A stretch of DNA of 62,357 nt, filler included. It is 3 parts of 3 records of this genome, joined end to end, with 100 filler letters (N's around TTAATTAATTAA, not from the genome) between each part and the next. Parts side by side here need not be neighbours in the genome. Positions count along the whole stretch, not along the records: positions 1 to 24,312 come from SRR20825006_269; positions 24,413 to 49,011 come from SRR20825006_278; 1 more part is not named here. One strand, written 5' to 3'. How positions within the stretch are numbered: the stretch's first letter is position 1; each line of letters opens with the position of its first letter. The position numbers and the translations under genes were made by a program. Below are positions 19,860-31,003 of this stretch, in pieces. The notes beneath the pieces are model-generated. The model did not search any database. It was not told the origin of the DNA and worked only from the letters and a program-made list of their open reading frames with translations.

Positions 19860-20240
19860 ATGAGCGATGTACGAAGCGCCAGTCGCCACGATGACGAACC
19901 ATGGTTTGCCCGCATGATCGCCGCACTGGAAGAAAGCGCCCGGGCCGAGCGCACGATCACCTATGCTGAACTTGCCGAGGCAGCGGGCATGCCCGGACCG
20001 TATCGGATTCACAGAGTAACCGAAGCGCTTGAGGATCTGATCACGTCCGACCACGATGCCGGCTACCCCTTGCGGTCGGCGGCCGCGATCTCGAAAGCCC
20101 GGAACGGCCTGCCCGGCCCTGGCTTCTTCCAGCATTGCGCCGGGATTGGCCTTTACTTCGGTCCCGACACCGGTCCACAGGCGGAAACATTCCACCTTCT
20201 GGAGCTGAATCGCCTATTTGTGAGCTACCGACAGAGTTGA
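19860..20240 (+). CDS. Hypothetical protein, possibly winged-helix
   Basis: TITYAELA, PLRSA.ISK and LPGPGFF pattern; fills the intergenic space. Confidence 0.65.
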   Translation: MSDVRSASRHDDEPWFARMIAALEESARAERTITYAELAEAAGMPGPYRIHRVTEALEDLITSDHDAGYPLRSAAAISKARNGLPGPGFFQHCAGIGLYFGPDTGPQAETFHLLELNRLFVSYRQS

Positions 20241-20326
20241 TTGTCTGGTAATTGCGCCCCTATAAGCTGATTAATTATCCCTACATCCGCTATATTCATC
20301 CTTTCAAAATCGAAATGGCTGGTCCC

Positions 20327-20671
20327 ATGTCTGTTTCCAAATTGCTCGGCGTCACACTCTCGGGAGTTGCCCTGCTCGGGGGATTGGGCATCACACTCGC
20401 TATCGCGGCCTTCCCGGCCGCCATCGTCAGCCAGGAAGGCCGCAAGTTCACCCCCGGTGATATCACCGTTAAAAAGGGCGACATGGTGCGCTTCGTGAAC
20501 GATGATTTTTACGGCCACAACGTCTATTCGGAAACCGAGGGGGCGAGCTTCGATATCGGCCTGCAGCCGCCGGGCGAAAGCCGCGACGTGGTACTGGAAA
20601 AGCTCGGTATCGTTGACGTTCACTGCCGCATTCATCCCCGGATGCGACTGAAAATCACCGTCACCGAATAA
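20327..20671 (+). CDS. Exported cupredoxin (type-1 copper, amicyanin-like)
   Basis: Signal peptide; FTPGDITVKKGD.V.FVN, HNV and C-x2-H-x2-M (CRIHPRM) ligand set. Confidence 0.88.
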   Translation: MSVSKLLGVTLSGVALLGGLGITLAIAAFPAAIVSQEGRKFTPGDITVKKGDMVRFVNDDFYGHNVYSETEGASFDIGLQPPGESRDVVLEKLGIVDVHCRIHPRMRLKITVTE

Positions 20672-20681
20672 CCCGCGAGCG

Positions 20682-22982
20682 ATGTCCCTCCGCCTCAAAC
20701 TGATCGGCGCATTTCTGGTGGCCGTGCTGGCCGCAGGCGCTCTGGCGGGAACCAGTTTTTTTGCCACATGGTCCCTCGGCGACATCGCCAAGGCACTGTA
20801 TGACCGGCCGCTGCAATCGATCAATTTCGCCCGTTCGGCCCAGACCAATTTCCTAGTCATGGAGCTGGAGGAACGGCTGACCGGGGCCGCGACGGAAGAG
20901 CACCTTGCCAAATTGCGCGAGGATTTCTTCATCGACCTTGAAGTTGCCACGGACCGCCGGATGTCCGAACGGACGCTCGAGCTCGCGGAAATCCTGCACA
21001 CGGATTTCGAGGCATGGTGGGACGTTGCCCATGCGGCAAGAAACGACCCGGCCATAAAGCCCGATCGCGACGCCATCGCAGACAGGATCAAGGTCAATCT
21101 GGACATCCTGGTGCAGGTTGCCGCCGAAGACGGATACCGCTTCTGGCTCGCTGCCGAGCAAAGCGTCAACGACACCAAACGGCTGACCAGCTACATCCTC
21201 GCCGGCGTGCTTGTCGTCTCGCTGATCGTCGCCGGCTTGCTTGCCCGCAACATCATCCGCCCCCTGAACCGGTTGGCCAAGGGCACCATCTCCCTCGCCT
21301 CGGGAGACCGTTCCGTCGCCGTCGATGAGCGCGACCAGGCCCGGGGTGACGAGATCGGCGGCATGGCGCGCTCCCTGCTGGTGTTCCGCGACGTCATGAA
21401 CGAAGTGCGCGAGGCACGGGACAGCGCCGAGGCCGCCGCCAAGGCGAAGTCGGACTTCCTGGCCATGATGAGCCATGAGATCCGCACCCCGATGAACGGC
21501 GTCATCGGCATGACCCGGCTGCTGCTGCGCCGCCCGCTCGGCACCGAGGAAAAGCATTTCGCCGAGACCGTGCTGGAAAGCGCGGAAGGCCTGATGCATC
21601 TGCTGAACGGCATTCTCGACTTCTCCAAGCTGGAAGCCGGAAAGCTCGATCTGGAACTGCTGGATTTCGACCTCCGGCGCATGGTGGATGGCTCCCTCGC
21701 CCTGATGCAGGGCCGGGCGGAGGAAAAGGGCCTCACCTTCCAGGCCGATGTGGACCATGACTGCCCGCGTTATCTGAAGGGAGATTCGGCCCGGCTGCGG
21801 CAGGTCCTGCTCAATCTGGTTGGCAACGCGCTGAAATTCACCGAAGAGGGTGGCGTCACCGTCTCCGTCAGTCCGGCCGGAACGGAAGGCACCTACCGGT
21901 TCAGGGTCACGGATACGGGTATCGGCATCCCTCAGGACAAGATCGACCGATTGTTCCAGGAGTTCAGCCAGGCCGACAGCTCGACAGCCCGGCAATATGG
22001 CGGCACCGGTCTCGGCCTCGCCATCTGCAAACAGCTCGTCGAGCTGATGGGCGGCCAGATCGCCGTCGACAGCGTCCCCGGCACGGGCAGCACCTTCTGG
22101 TTCGAAATCCCCCTCGCCGACGGCGCGATGCCGGATAATCGCGACCTGCCGGCAAGCGCCGACAAGCTCCCGCCGCTCACCCTGCTTGTCGCCGAGGACA
22201 ATCTGGTGAACCAACAAGTCGCCCGCGGGTTGCTTGAGGCGGAAGGCCACTCCGTGAAAATCGTGCCGGACGGTGCCGCCGCGCTTGCCGCGCTGGAGGC
22301 CGGGCCGCCCGGCACATACGACGCGATATTGATGGACATGAATATGCCGGTGATGGACGGGCTGGAAGCGACCCGCCGGATCCGTGCCCTCGACCCGCCG
22401 CTGTCGGACATCCCCATCGTCGCCGCCACCGCTGCGGCGACGGCGGAAGAGGTCCAGCGCTGCCTTGCCGCCGGCATGGATGCCTATGTCGCCAAGCCGA
22501 TCCATCCCGGCCTGCTGTTCGGCGCACTGGCCCGCGTGCTGATGCAGGACGGCCCGGAATTCGAGGGGAGCGACGGCGACTGGGCGGACGAGATGCCCGA
22601 GGACACCGCCTCTCCCGTGACCGAACGGCTGATGCAGGATGGCCCGGCGCTGGAGCCGGATATTCTCGCCACCTACAAGGACCAGCTTGGCGCCGAATTC
22701 GCGGATGAAATGGTCTCCGACTTCCTTGGCGCGGTCGACGCCCATGTCGCCATCATAGAGGAACACCTGCAGGCCCGGAACGCGGCCGGACTGAGCGAGG
22801 CGGCCCATGCGCTGAAGAGCGCGGCGGCCTCCGTCGGGCTGCGCGACGTCTACCGGGCCGCACTTTCAGTTGAAACCCGCGCCGAAGCGGATCATTTAGA
22901 GGATTGCGCGGCGTCGGCTGAACATCTGCTCGCTGCACTCGAACAAAGCCGGACCCTTTTCGACAGCCAGGCCGCCAGATGA
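20682..22982 (+). CDS. Hybrid sensor histidine kinase (TM-sensor-HAMP-HisKA-HATPase-REC-Hpt)
   Basis: [39 protein letters not shown] and AHALKSAA motifs. Confidence 0.95.
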   Translation: MSLRLKLIGAFLVAVLAAGALAGTSFFATWSLGDIAKALYDRPLQSINFARSAQTNFLVMELEERLTGAATEEHLAKLREDFFIDLEVATDRRMSERTLELAEILHTDFEAWWDVAHAARNDPAIKPDRDAIADRIKVNLDILVQVAAEDGYRFWLAAEQSVNDTKRLTSYILAGVLVVSLIVAGLLARNIIRPLNRLAKGTISLASGDRSVAVDERDQARGDEIGGMARSLLVFRDVMNEVREARDSAEAAAKAKSDFLAMMSHEIRTPMNGVIGMTRLLLRRPLGTEEKHFAETVLESAEGLMHLLNGILDFSKLEAGKLDLELLDFDLRRMVDGSLALMQGRAEEKGLTFQADVDHDCPRYLKGDSARLRQVLLNLVGNALKFTEEGGVTVSVSPAGTEGTYRFRVTDTGIGIPQDKIDRLFQEFSQADSSTARQYGGTGLGLAICKQLVELMGGQIAVDSVPGTGSTFWFEIPLADGAMPDNRDLPASADKLPPLTLLVAEDNLVNQQVARGLLEAEGHSVKIVPDGAAALAALEAGPPGTYDAILMDMNMPVMDGLEATRRIRALDPPLSDIPIVAATAAATAEEVQRCLAAGMDAYVAKPIHPGLLFGALARVLMQDGPEFEGSDGDWADEMPEDTASPVTERLMQDGPALEPDILATYKDQLGAEFADEMVSDFLGAVDAHVAIIEEHLQARNAAGLSEAAHALKSAAASVGLRDVYRAALSVETRAEADHLEDCAASAEHLLAALEQSRTLFDSQAAR

Positions 22983-23392
22983 GTTTCATGACGGATAACA
23001 ACAGCATTCGCCCCAACTTCGCCGAGTATCAGGTGATCGTCGCCGAGGACGAGCCGATGGCGACCAAGCTGGCACAGGGCGCCCTGAAGCTGATGGGGTT
23101 TCGCCGGATCTTCCACGCGCCGGACGGGCTGAAGGCCCTGAAGCTGCTGAAGGAACTGGACGGCGACGTGCAGCTCATCGTCTCGGACTGGAACATGCCG
23201 GAGATCAACGGCCTCGAATTCCTGCGGGCCGTGCGCAAGATTTACCCGAGCATGCGCTTCGTCATGCTGACCGGGAACGCGAACAAGGATTTCGTCATGG
23301 CCGCCCGCAAATACGGCGTCGACGCCTATATCGCCAAGCCCTTCACGCCGGACCAGTTGAAACAGAAGGTCGAGGCGATCTTCAAGCTCTGA
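22979..23392 (+). CDS. Single-domain CheY-like response regulator
   Basis: AEDE, SDWNMP, LTG and KPF motifs; ATGA overlap with the kinase stop. Confidence 0.92.
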   Translation: MSFMTDNNSIRPNFAEYQVIVAEDEPMATKLAQGALKLMGFRRIFHAPDGLKALKLLKELDGDVQLIVSDWNMPEINGLEFLRAVRKIYPSMRFVMLTGNANKDFVMAARKYGVDAYIAKPFTPDQLKQKVEAIFKL

Positions 23393-23511
23393 ACGCATAC
23401 CGCCCCCGGTAATCCAGTCTGCCGGACGCCGCGTAGAAGGGTATATGCGCTTTTCTTGAAGGCTCGGATCGCGCACTGACCACCCTGTGCACGAAAGACT
23501 GGAAATCAGCA

Positions 23512-24312
23512 ATGGCCCTCTCAAAAACACTTACCGCCTCAAGAGCCCTGGCCGCCTCAAGAGCCCTGGCCGCCTCACGAACCCTGGCGGCAACAGCACT
23601 CGCAATTGGCATCGTCTGGGCAGCACCCGCCTCCGCCCTCGACCTGATCGGCCTGACGGCGAACAACCAGCTGCTGACGATGACCGACAGCAACCCCGGT
23701 GCGGCCCGCTCGGTCGACATCACCGGCGTGGACACCAAGGTCCTCGGCATCGACATCCGCCCGGCCGACCTTGCTCTCTATGCCGTCACCGCCTCCGGCA
23801 CGATCTACACCATCGATACCAAGACCGGCGCCGCGACCCGCATGTCGAAGATCTCCGAGAAGCTCGAAGCCGTTGATAATCTGGTCGTGGATTTCAATCC
23901 ACAGGCTGACCGGCTGCGGGTCATGGCCTCGAACGGGCAGAACCTGCGCGTCAATGTCGAGACCGGCGCCGCCGTGGTCGACGGCCGCCTCTCCTACGAC
24001 AAGGGCGATGCCCATGCGGGCAAGATGCCCGGCGTGCTCGCCGGTGCCTATATCAATTCCTACAAGGGAACGAAATTCACCCAGTTGTTCGACGTGGACA
24101 GCAAGACCGGCATGTATGTCGTGCAGGACCCGCCGAATGACGGCGTGCTGAAAAGCGTCGGCCCGACCGGCCTTGCCAGGGGCACCATGATCGAGGCCAT
24201 CGACATCTTCACGGATCCGAAGGACGAATATCACGGCTTCGCCGTTGCCGGTGGCGCGCTTTACACCTTCCCGGTTGCCAAAGGCATGATGAGCCGCGTC
24301 GGCAAGATCGCC
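23512..24312 (+). CDS. DUF4394-like secreted protein, 3'-truncated at contig end
   Basis: LGIDIRPA, VDFNPQADRLRV, GQNLRVNVETG, AYINS and QDPPNDGVL motifs. Confidence 0.82.
23534..23587 (+). repeat. 18-bp tandem repeat x3 in the signal-peptide region
   Basis: ccgcctcaagagccctgg twice, then ccgcctcacgaaccctgg; encodes TASRAL-AASRAL-AASRTL. Confidence 0.9.
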
Positions 24313-24412
24313 NNNNNNNNNNNNNNNNNNNNNNNNNNNNNNNNNNNNNNNNNNNNTTAATTAATTAANNNNNNNNNNNNNNNNNNNNNNNNNNNNNNNN
24401 NNNNNNNNNNNN
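24313..24412. other. Artificial contig linker
   Basis: N44-TTAATTAATTAA-N44, giving stops in all frames. Confidence 0.99.
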
Positions 24413-24437
24413 TTGCAAGATCAAGTCTTGCAATGAC
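24413..24437 (-). repeat. Truncated palindromic REP/RIME-like element at contig edge
   Basis: Minus strand reads GTCATTGCAAGACTTGATCTTGCAA, the GTCAT-stem-CTTGA-stem form of alphaproteobacterial intergenic palindromes. Confidence 0.5.
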
Positions 24438-24497
24438 GTGGGAGAGCTCGGTTTAGGTGATGTGATCAGTTGCCGAAGTTGGCAGTTGGCGAGGCGC

Positions 24498-25058
24498 TTA
24501 AGCGGCGGGTGCTTTGAACAAGCGAATGACGGTATCGCCATAGGTGCGTTCGTCGAGCAGTTCGAAGCCTTCGGGTGCGGTAATCTCAACACCTTTTTGC
24601 TCTTCCCAAACGATAATCGCTTCGGGGGCTATCCAGCCGCCTTTTTGGGCGATTTCTAGGGCTTTGTCGCCTAGGCCTTTGGCATAGGGTGGATCTAGAA
24701 AGACCAAATTGCACGGCAAGATGCGTTGGATTTGGCCTAGATCTGTTGCATCACGGCGAAGCATACGGGATTGGCCTGCCACGCCAAAATTCTGGATGTT
24801 TTCGCGCAGCAAGGCCCGCGCTTCAACGCCTGTGTCCACAAAGGTCGCGTGTTCTGCGCCGCGTGACAGGGCCTCAAGGCCCAACGCGCCGGTGCCAGCA
24901 AATAGGTCCAAGACCCGACATTCGCTCATCACCGGGCCAAAATAATTGGCCAAGATATTGAACAGGCTTTCGCGCACCCGATCAGAGGTAGGGCGAATGT
25001 CGTTGGATTGCGGTGCCGCAATGGTTTTGGATTTGAACTTGCCAGCAACGATGCGCAT
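24498..25058 (-). CDS. rsmD: 16S rRNA m2G966 methyltransferase
   Basis: MRIVAG, RPTSDRVRESLFN, LDLFAGTGALGLEALSRGA and FLDPPY motifs. Confidence 0.95.
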   Translation of the reverse strand: MRIVAGKFKSKTIAAPQSNDIRPTSDRVRESLFNILANYFGPVMSECRVLDLFAGTGALGLEALSRGAEHATFVDTGVEARALLRENIQNFGVAGQSRMLRRDATDLGQIQRILPCNLVFLDPPYAKGLGDKALEIAQKGGWIAPEAIIVWEEQKGVEITAPEGFELLDERTYGDTVIRLFKAPAA

Positions 25059-25073
25059 AAAACTCAGTCCGCC

Positions 25074-26741
25074 TTATGATTTACGCGGCGGACGTCCGCC
25101 CGGCTTGCCACCAAAAGGTTTGCCGCCTGATGGCCGACCGCCAGCAGGTCTGCCCCCACTTGGTTTGCCGCCGCGACCGCGTGGACCGCGCTGTTCGCCA
25201 GCGGGACGGCCTTTATGGCGCCCAGCATCTGAAAAGCCTTGTCCCCCACGATCATCACGAGGTTTGCCGCGACCACCAGCGGGCTTGCCACGCGGCTTGT
25301 CGCCAAATGGTTTGCGATCTCCACGATCATTGCGCTCGCCACGGTCTGGTCTTTCTTTATTGCGATCCGTAAAGGCGCCGCGTCGATCATCTGGGCGACG
25401 GTCATCACGACGACCAGCGCCGCCGCGCGGCTTATCACCAAACGGTTTGCGATCTCCACCACGTTCACCGCGCGGCTTATCGCCAAATTGTTTGCGGTCG
25501 CCACCACGCTCACCCCGTGGCTTATCGCCATAAGGTTTCTTATCGCCAAACTTTTTCTCGCCGAAGGGACGTCCGCCCTCTTTACGATCACGTTTTTCAA
25601 ACGGCTTTTTATCGCCATCTCTGTCGTCGCGACGATCTTTGTTGAACTCGCGTTTCGGGCCACGATCATCGCGATCAAATTTACGCCCTTTGTCGCCAAA
25701 GCGCCTTTTGCCGCGTGGGCCGTCTTCGTCCTGATCTTTTTTGCGGGCAGCAGGCACGTGTTCGCCAATATTGCCATCATCAAAAAACACGCGACGTTTT
25801 GGCGTTTCTTCCTGCTCGTCGAACCGACGACGCGGCGCGCGCTTATCGTCTTTTGGCTTGCGGGGTTCACCAGTGCGGCCACGCGCACGACCAAATTGAG
25901 CAGGCTTTTCTTCCGCCTTTTTCTTTTCCGCTTTCGGCACAACAGGCACAATCGGTCCGTCAAAATCCACGCCTGCAGCTTCAGCAAGCTTTTGGCCCAA
26001 CTGGTCCTTCAACACGCGGGTTTTCACTGCCTGAATTTCGCCCGGCTTCATTTCGTTCAGTTGGAACGGGCCGTAGCTCAAGCGGATCAGACGGTTCACG
26101 TCCAAACCAAAGGCGGAGAGCACGTTTTTAACTTCGCGGTTTTTGCCCTCACGCAGGGATACAATCAGCCACACATTACTGCCTTGCTGCCGCTCCAGCT
26201 TGGCTTCAATCGGGCCATAATGCACTTTGTCGATGGTGATGCCGTCTTTAAGTTCATCCAGCTTTTCCTGGGTGATACGGCCATAAGCGCGCACACGATA
26301 GCGCCGTGCCCAACCTGTGGAAGGCAGCTCAAGTGCGCGTTTCAACCCACCTTCATTGGTGAGCAGCAGCAAGCCTTCTGTATTGATGTCCAGCCGACCA
26401 ACAGTCAACACGCGGGGCAAGCCAGCTTCTTCGAACGCTGAGAATACAGTTGGGCGACCTTCTGGGTCACTTTCAGAAACCACCAAGCCGGCAGGCTTGT
26501 GGTACAGCCAAACGCGTGTTGCCTCACGCTCACCCAAAGGTTGGCCATCAACCCGCACACGGTCTTTTTCTGAGATATTGACAGCCGGACTATCAATGAC
26601 TTTGCCATTAACCGACACGCGGCCTTCGGCAATCCAAGTTTCAGCCGTGCGGCGCGAGCAAAGGCCCGCACGCGCAATCACTTTGGCAATACGATCACCG
26701 TTCTGGCGGTCATTTGTGCTGCCAGCGTCTTTTTTGGCCAT
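25074..26741 (-). CDS. rluB: S4-domain pseudouridine synthase (RluB/RsuA family) with a long low-complexity tail
   Basis: GLCSRR, VGRLDINTEGLLLLTN, EGKNREV and LIRLSYG motifs. Confidence 0.9.
   Translation of the reverse strand: MAKKDAGSTNDRQNGDRIAKVIARAGLCSRRTAETWIAEGRVSVNGKVIDSPAVNISEKDRVRVDGQPLGEREATRVWLYHKPAGLVVSESDPEGRPTVFSAFEEAGLPRVLTVGRLDINTEGLLLLTNEGGLKRALELPSTGWARRYRVRAYGRITQEKLDELKDGITIDKVHYGPIEAKLERQQGSNVWLIVSLREGKNREVKNVLSAFGLDVNRLIRLSYGPFQLNEMKPGEIQAVKTRVLKDQLGQKLAEAAGVDFDGPIVPVVPKAEKKKAEEKPAQFGRARGRTGEPRKPKDDKRAPRRRFDEQEETPKRRVFFDDGNIGEHVPAARKKDQDEDGPRGKRRFGDKGRKFDRDDRGPKREFNKDRRDDRDGDKKPFEKRDRKEGGRPFGEKKFGDKKPYGDKPRGERGGDRKQFGDKPRGERGGDRKPFGDKPRGGAGRRDDRRPDDRRGAFTDRNKERPDRGERNDRGDRKPFGDKPRGKPAGGRGKPRDDRGGQGFSDAGRHKGRPAGEQRGPRGRGGKPSGGRPAGGRPSGGKPFGGKPGGRPPRKS
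25426..25539 (-). repeat. 45-nt coding tandem repeat (KPFGDKPRGERGGDR-like)
   Basis: Units start at 25426, 25471 and 25516. Confidence 0.85.
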
Positions 26742-26791
26742 TTGGTTGGCTCCGAAGCAATTGAAAGAGTTTCGGAGGGTTTACCTGTTTG

Positions 26792-27421
26792 TTAGGAACC
26801 TTGCAACGCTTCTCTGATCTCTGGCGGGCAAAGTGGGCTATCTAGTGGCACCAAATCACCATTTTCTGCCAAACAGATCAAATCTTGCCCGCCCACCTTG
26901 GTGAAATATTTCTCAGGTGGCAGGTAAAGTGGGCGTTTGTCGCCACTTTTTAGCGCTTGTTGATAGATCAAACGCTGTTCGCGGAAGCGGCGGGCAACTT
27001 CTTGCGCCTCTTTCGGCGTGAAGGCACGGCCTTGCGCATCGCTGAGATCCACAACGCGTGCGCCACGGATCAAGCGGATTTCATTTTCGGTGAGTTGGGT
27101 TTCATCCAACCGCACTTCATCAGAATCTTCAGGCAAAGCAGCGGCAGCTGTTTTGGTTGGGATTGGCAGGAACTTCGTGTCCTTAGGCAAAACCAAAGGT
27201 GCGCGGGGGGCAGAAATATCTTCCTTTTCTTCGCGCTCCAATATGCCCAAGCCGCGCAACGTTTCTGACATCACTTCTTGTTCGAATGTGTTGCCATCTT
27301 TAAACGCGTTGGTGCCTTCAACAGTGGTGCATGCAGAAAGGCCGAAAAGTGATGCGCCCATAAGCGCGCTCAACCCAGCCCATTTCACCATTAGATTTGA
27401 TTTCCGGTTCGCTAAGAACAT
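26792..27421 (-). CDS. Hypothetical lipoprotein
   Basis: Hydrophobic stretch plus LSAC lipobox; RAPLVLP and LYLPP motifs; downstream of lspA. Confidence 0.75.
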   Translation of the reverse strand: MFLANRKSNLMVKWAGLSALMGASLFGLSACTTVEGTNAFKDGNTFEQEVMSETLRGLGILEREEKEDISAPRAPLVLPKDTKFLPIPTKTAAAALPEDSDEVRLDETQLTENEIRLIRGARVVDLSDAQGRAFTPKEAQEVARRFREQRLIYQQALKSGDKRPLYLPPEKYFTKVGGQDLICLAENGDLVPLDSPLCPPEIREALQGS

Positions 27422-27471
27422 GCATGCCACTCCAAAATACATTGCCAAAAGGCCATAGGTCTCAAAAAAGG

Positions 27472-27954
27472 CTATTTTGAGGAACTATCCCCTTGGGGCC
27501 TTAACACTATATCCCATAACAACATAATAAGGCCAAGAGCAATTGCTACATCTGCCAGATTAAAAATATACCAATAATAGCCATAGGCATGAAATGAGAA
27601 GAAATCGGCCACAGCGCCATAAGCAATGCGGTCGATCAAATTGCCCAATGCGCCGCCCAGCACTGTGGCAATGCCCCAGCGGGTGAGATTACTTTGGGCG
27701 GTGACCCACCACACGGCAAGCCCGAGCATAGCAACCGCCATGATGCCGATCAGCACATAGGGTGAGGAATTGCCCAACCAGCCATATGAAATGCCAGTGT
27801 TCCAGGCCAACACATAATCAAAGAATGGGGTGACATTGATGATTTCACCACCAGTCCACCCCAAAATATTGAGCATATAAAGCTTATGACCCTGATCAAT
27901 CAACAGGGCCAAAATGAAGGCAAATAGGCTTTTGTGGGCAATATTCGCCTTCAT
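27472..27954 (-). CDS. lspA: Lipoprotein signal peptidase II
   Basis: DQ, NTGISYG, GGALGNLIDR, GAVADF and FNLAD motifs. Confidence 0.96.
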   Translation of the reverse strand: MKANIAHKSLFAFILALLIDQGHKLYMLNILGWTGGEIINVTPFFDYVLAWNTGISYGWLGNSSPYVLIGIMAVAMLGLAVWWVTAQSNLTRWGIATVLGGALGNLIDRIAYGAVADFFSFHAYGYYWYIFNLADVAIALGLIMLLWDIVLRPQGDSSSK

Positions 27955-27964
27955 TATTCAGTCC

Positions 27965-30895
27965 TTATGCTTGCGCCAATTCGCGCAACGCCTGCGCATC
28001 GCGCAAGGTGACATCCGGATAGTCTTTATCTTCGCCAACTTCTGGCAAGACCTTCCAAGACCGTTCGCACTTTTTGCCTTCGGCCATGGCTGGCACTACG
28101 GAAACGCCAGGCACATCGTCCAACCGGAACGCTTCGCCAGGGCCTTCATTTTGCAGCACTTCAGCTTGGCTGGTGATGGAAATCTCAGCCATGTCCTGCC
28201 CGTGCAAGGCCACATATAGATCAGCGTCTGATACATAGACCTTTGGTGCTGATTCGAGCGACGAACCGATGCGCTTTTCGCGACGCTCGATCTCAAGCGC
28301 ACCCGTGACCACACGGCGAACCTTGCGGATTTTCACCCATTTCTCGGCCAGTTGGTCATTGCGCCAGTTGGCAGGCACAGCAGGGAATTCGCGCTTGTGC
28401 ACGGAGCTATCTGCTTCTGGGAAGCGCTCCAGCCATACTTCTTCCATGGTGAACACCATGATGGGCGCCAACCATGCAGTGAGGCACTCAAACAATTTGT
28501 TCAACACGGTCAAAGCCGCTTTGCGCTTCACGCTGGATTTCGGGTCACAATAAAGCGCATCCTTGCGGATATCGAAATAGAAGGCGGACAGATCAACCGT
28601 CATGAAATTAAACAGAGTTGAGAAAACCCGTTTAAAATCAAAGGCCTTGTAATAAGTCCGCACTTCTTCATCCAGCTTGGCCAAGCGGTGCAACATATAT
28701 TGCTCTAGCTCTGGCATATCTTCAAATGCCACTTCTTCTGCTGGATCGTAATGGGCCAAATTGCCCAAAAGGAACCGCAGCGTGTTGCGCATTTTGCGGT
28801 ACGCATCCACAGTGGTTTTGATGATGGTATCGCCAATCCGGTGATCTTCTGAATAGTCAACAGAGGCCACCCACAAGCGTAATATGTCAGCACCATATTG
28901 CTTGATGATGTCTTGTGGCGCGATGGTGTTGCCGATTGATTTCGACATTTTGCGCCCATCTTCAGCCATAGTGAAGCCATGGGTCACCACGTTTTTATAA
29001 GGCGCACGACCACGGGTGCCGCAGCTTTCCAACAATGAAGATTGGAACCAACCGCGGTGTTGGTCTGAGCCTTCAAGATAAACATCCGCAGGCGATTGGT
29101 GATCAGCACGTTTTTCCAACACGAATGAGTGGGTTGAACCAGAGTCAAACCACACATCCAAAATGTCAGTCACTTGCTCCCATTCGGCGGCATTATATTT
29201 GTCGGTCAGGAACCGCTCTTTCGCACCTTCGGCAAACCATGCATCCGCGCCTTCCGCTTCGAACGCGTCGGCAATGCGGGTATTCACTTCATCATCCTTC
29301 AGCACGTCGCCATTTTCATTGACGAACACGCAGATCGGCACGCCCCACGTGCGCTGGCGAGAAAGCACCCAGTCCGGGCGACCTTCAACCATTGAACTTA
29401 GGCGACGTTTGCCGGTTTGTGGCACAAAGTTTGTGGCCTCAATCGCATCCATTGCGCGGGTGCGCAAAGTGTCGCCCTGCCCGTCAATATCGCGATCCAT
29501 ATACACAAACCATTGTGGGGTGTTGCGATAGATGATCGGCTTTTTCGACCGCCAAGAATGCGGATATTGGTGCTTCAATCGGCCCCGTGCTGCCATCGCA
29601 CCACGCGCTGCCAGTTCAGCGATCACCTTATTGTTGGCGTCGCCTTTTTTGCCTTTGTCATCGATGATGCGTGCACCATCGAAGCCTGGTGCGTCTTTGG
29701 TGTAATAGCCGCCCGCATCTACGCAGAATGGGATGGTTGGATCAATGCCACGCGCTTCAAGCTCACGGGCATTTTCCATCCAGATTTCAAAGTCATCTGC
29801 GCCGTGGCCCGGTGCAGTGTGTACAAAACCTGTACCTGCATCATCTGTCACGTGATCACCATTGAGCAGTGGCACGGTATAGTCGTAACCATCTGCATGG
29901 CCGTTCAATGGATGTTCGCATTCGATGGTGCCCAGCACATCAGCTGGCACGTCGCCAACACGCTCAAAAGCTTCCACACGGGCTTTACCGAACACATCGG
30001 CAGCCAAATTGTCGGCCAAAACCAGTAACTCGCCCTTTTCGACCCAGTTCTCGTCCGGCGCTTCTGTAACTTGATAAAGGCCGTAAGAAATATCTGATGA
30101 ATAAGATACAGCGCGGTTGGCGGGGATGGTCCAAGGCGTTGTGGTCCAGATCACCACTTTCGCATCCATCAATTTCTCAACCAAATCGGCTTGGTCGCCT
30201 GTGCCGCCAGCGGCTGAAATGGGGAACTTCACCCAGATCGCATCGCTCTCATATTCATGATATTCGATTTCGGCTTCGGCCAAGGCGGTGCGTTCCACCA
30301 CGGACCACATCACAGGCTTTGAGCCACGATAAAGCTGGCCAGATGTGGCAAACTTCATCAGTTCGCGCGCGATCTGTGCCTCTGCATCGAATGACATGGT
30401 GATATAAGGATTGTCCCAATCGCCATTTACGCCCAAGCGCTTAAATTCTTCGCGCTGCACGTCCAGCCAATGGGCGGCAAATTCCCGACATTCCTTACGG
30501 AATTCGTTGATTGGCACTTCGTCCTTATTTTTGCCTTTGGCGCGATATTGCTCTTCAATTTTCCATTCGATGGGCAAACCGTGGCAATCCCAACCTGGGA
30601 TATAGGCGGCGTTGTAGCCCTGCATCTGATGCGAGCGCACCACCATATCTTTCAGCACCTTGTTCAAGGAGTGGCCGATATGGATGTTGCCGTTCGCATA
30701 TGGCGGGCCATCATGCAGGATGAATTTTTCTTTATCCTTAGAGGCATCGCGCAATTGCTGGTAGATATTCATATCTTCCCAGCGCTTTAGCCAGCCTGGC
30801 TCGCGCTTGGGCAGGCCTGCCCGCATGGGGAATTCTGTTTCAGGCAAGTTCAATGTTGCCGAATAGTCTCTTTTATCGGTTTGGTTGTCGCTCAT
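27965..30895 (-). CDS. ileS: Isoleucine-tRNA ligase
   Basis: [29 protein letters not shown] and KMSKS motifs. Confidence 0.98.
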   Translation of the reverse strand: MSDNQTDKRDYSATLNLPETEFPMRAGLPKREPGWLKRWEDMNIYQQLRDASKDKEKFILHDGPPYANGNIHIGHSLNKVLKDMVVRSHQMQGYNAAYIPGWDCHGLPIEWKIEEQYRAKGKNKDEVPINEFRKECREFAAHWLDVQREEFKRLGVNGDWDNPYITMSFDAEAQIARELMKFATSGQLYRGSKPVMWSVVERTALAEAEIEYHEYESDAIWVKFPISAAGGTGDQADLVEKLMDAKVVIWTTTPWTIPANRAVSYSSDISYGLYQVTEAPDENWVEKGELLVLADNLAADVFGKARVEAFERVGDVPADVLGTIECEHPLNGHADGYDYTVPLLNGDHVTDDAGTGFVHTAPGHGADDFEIWMENARELEARGIDPTIPFCVDAGGYYTKDAPGFDGARIIDDKGKKGDANNKVIAELAARGAMAARGRLKHQYPHSWRSKKPIIYRNTPQWFVYMDRDIDGQGDTLRTRAMDAIEATNFVPQTGKRRLSSMVEGRPDWVLSRQRTWGVPICVFVNENGDVLKDDEVNTRIADAFEAEGADAWFAEGAKERFLTDKYNAAEWEQVTDILDVWFDSGSTHSFVLEKRADHQSPADVYLEGSDQHRGWFQSSLLESCGTRGRAPYKNVVTHGFTMAEDGRKMSKSIGNTIAPQDIIKQYGADILRLWVASVDYSEDHRIGDTIIKTTVDAYRKMRNTLRFLLGNLAHYDPAEEVAFEDMPELEQYMLHRLAKLDEEVRTYYKAFDFKRVFSTLFNFMTVDLSAFYFDIRKDALYCDPKSSVKRKAALTVLNKLFECLTAWLAPIMVFTMEEVWLERFPEADSSVHKREFPAVPANWRNDQLAEKWVKIRKVRRVVTGALEIERREKRIGSSLESAPKVYVSDADLYVALHGQDMAEISITSQAEVLQNEGPGEAFRLDDVPGVSVVPAMAEGKKCERSWKVLPEVGEDKDYPDVTLRDAQALRELAQA

Positions 30896-30926
30896 AGTGC
30901 TAACATTCATTCAATTTGTATTTGGG

Positions 30927-30955
30927 AAAAGCCGTCAGGCGCATTGGCCGCGGCT
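30927..30955 (-). terminator. Terminator-like hairpin in the ileS leader
   Basis: Minus strand AGCCG-C-GGC-caatgc-GCC-tga-CGGCT-TTT; imperfect stem with a short U run. Confidence 0.45.
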
Positions 30956-31003
30956 AGAACTCGATGTTTTTACCCGACACTTCGTTCGCGCACTTCGCGC
31001 AGA

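Noticed and set aside
24357-24368. TTAATTAATTAA as a biological motif
   Set aside because: It is an artificial all-frame stop linker inside N runs, repeated at 49056-49067.
30896-30903. TTAGCACT on the minus strand before ileS as a CIRCE element
   Set aside because: Only a partial half-site; no inverted partner at 9-nt spacing.
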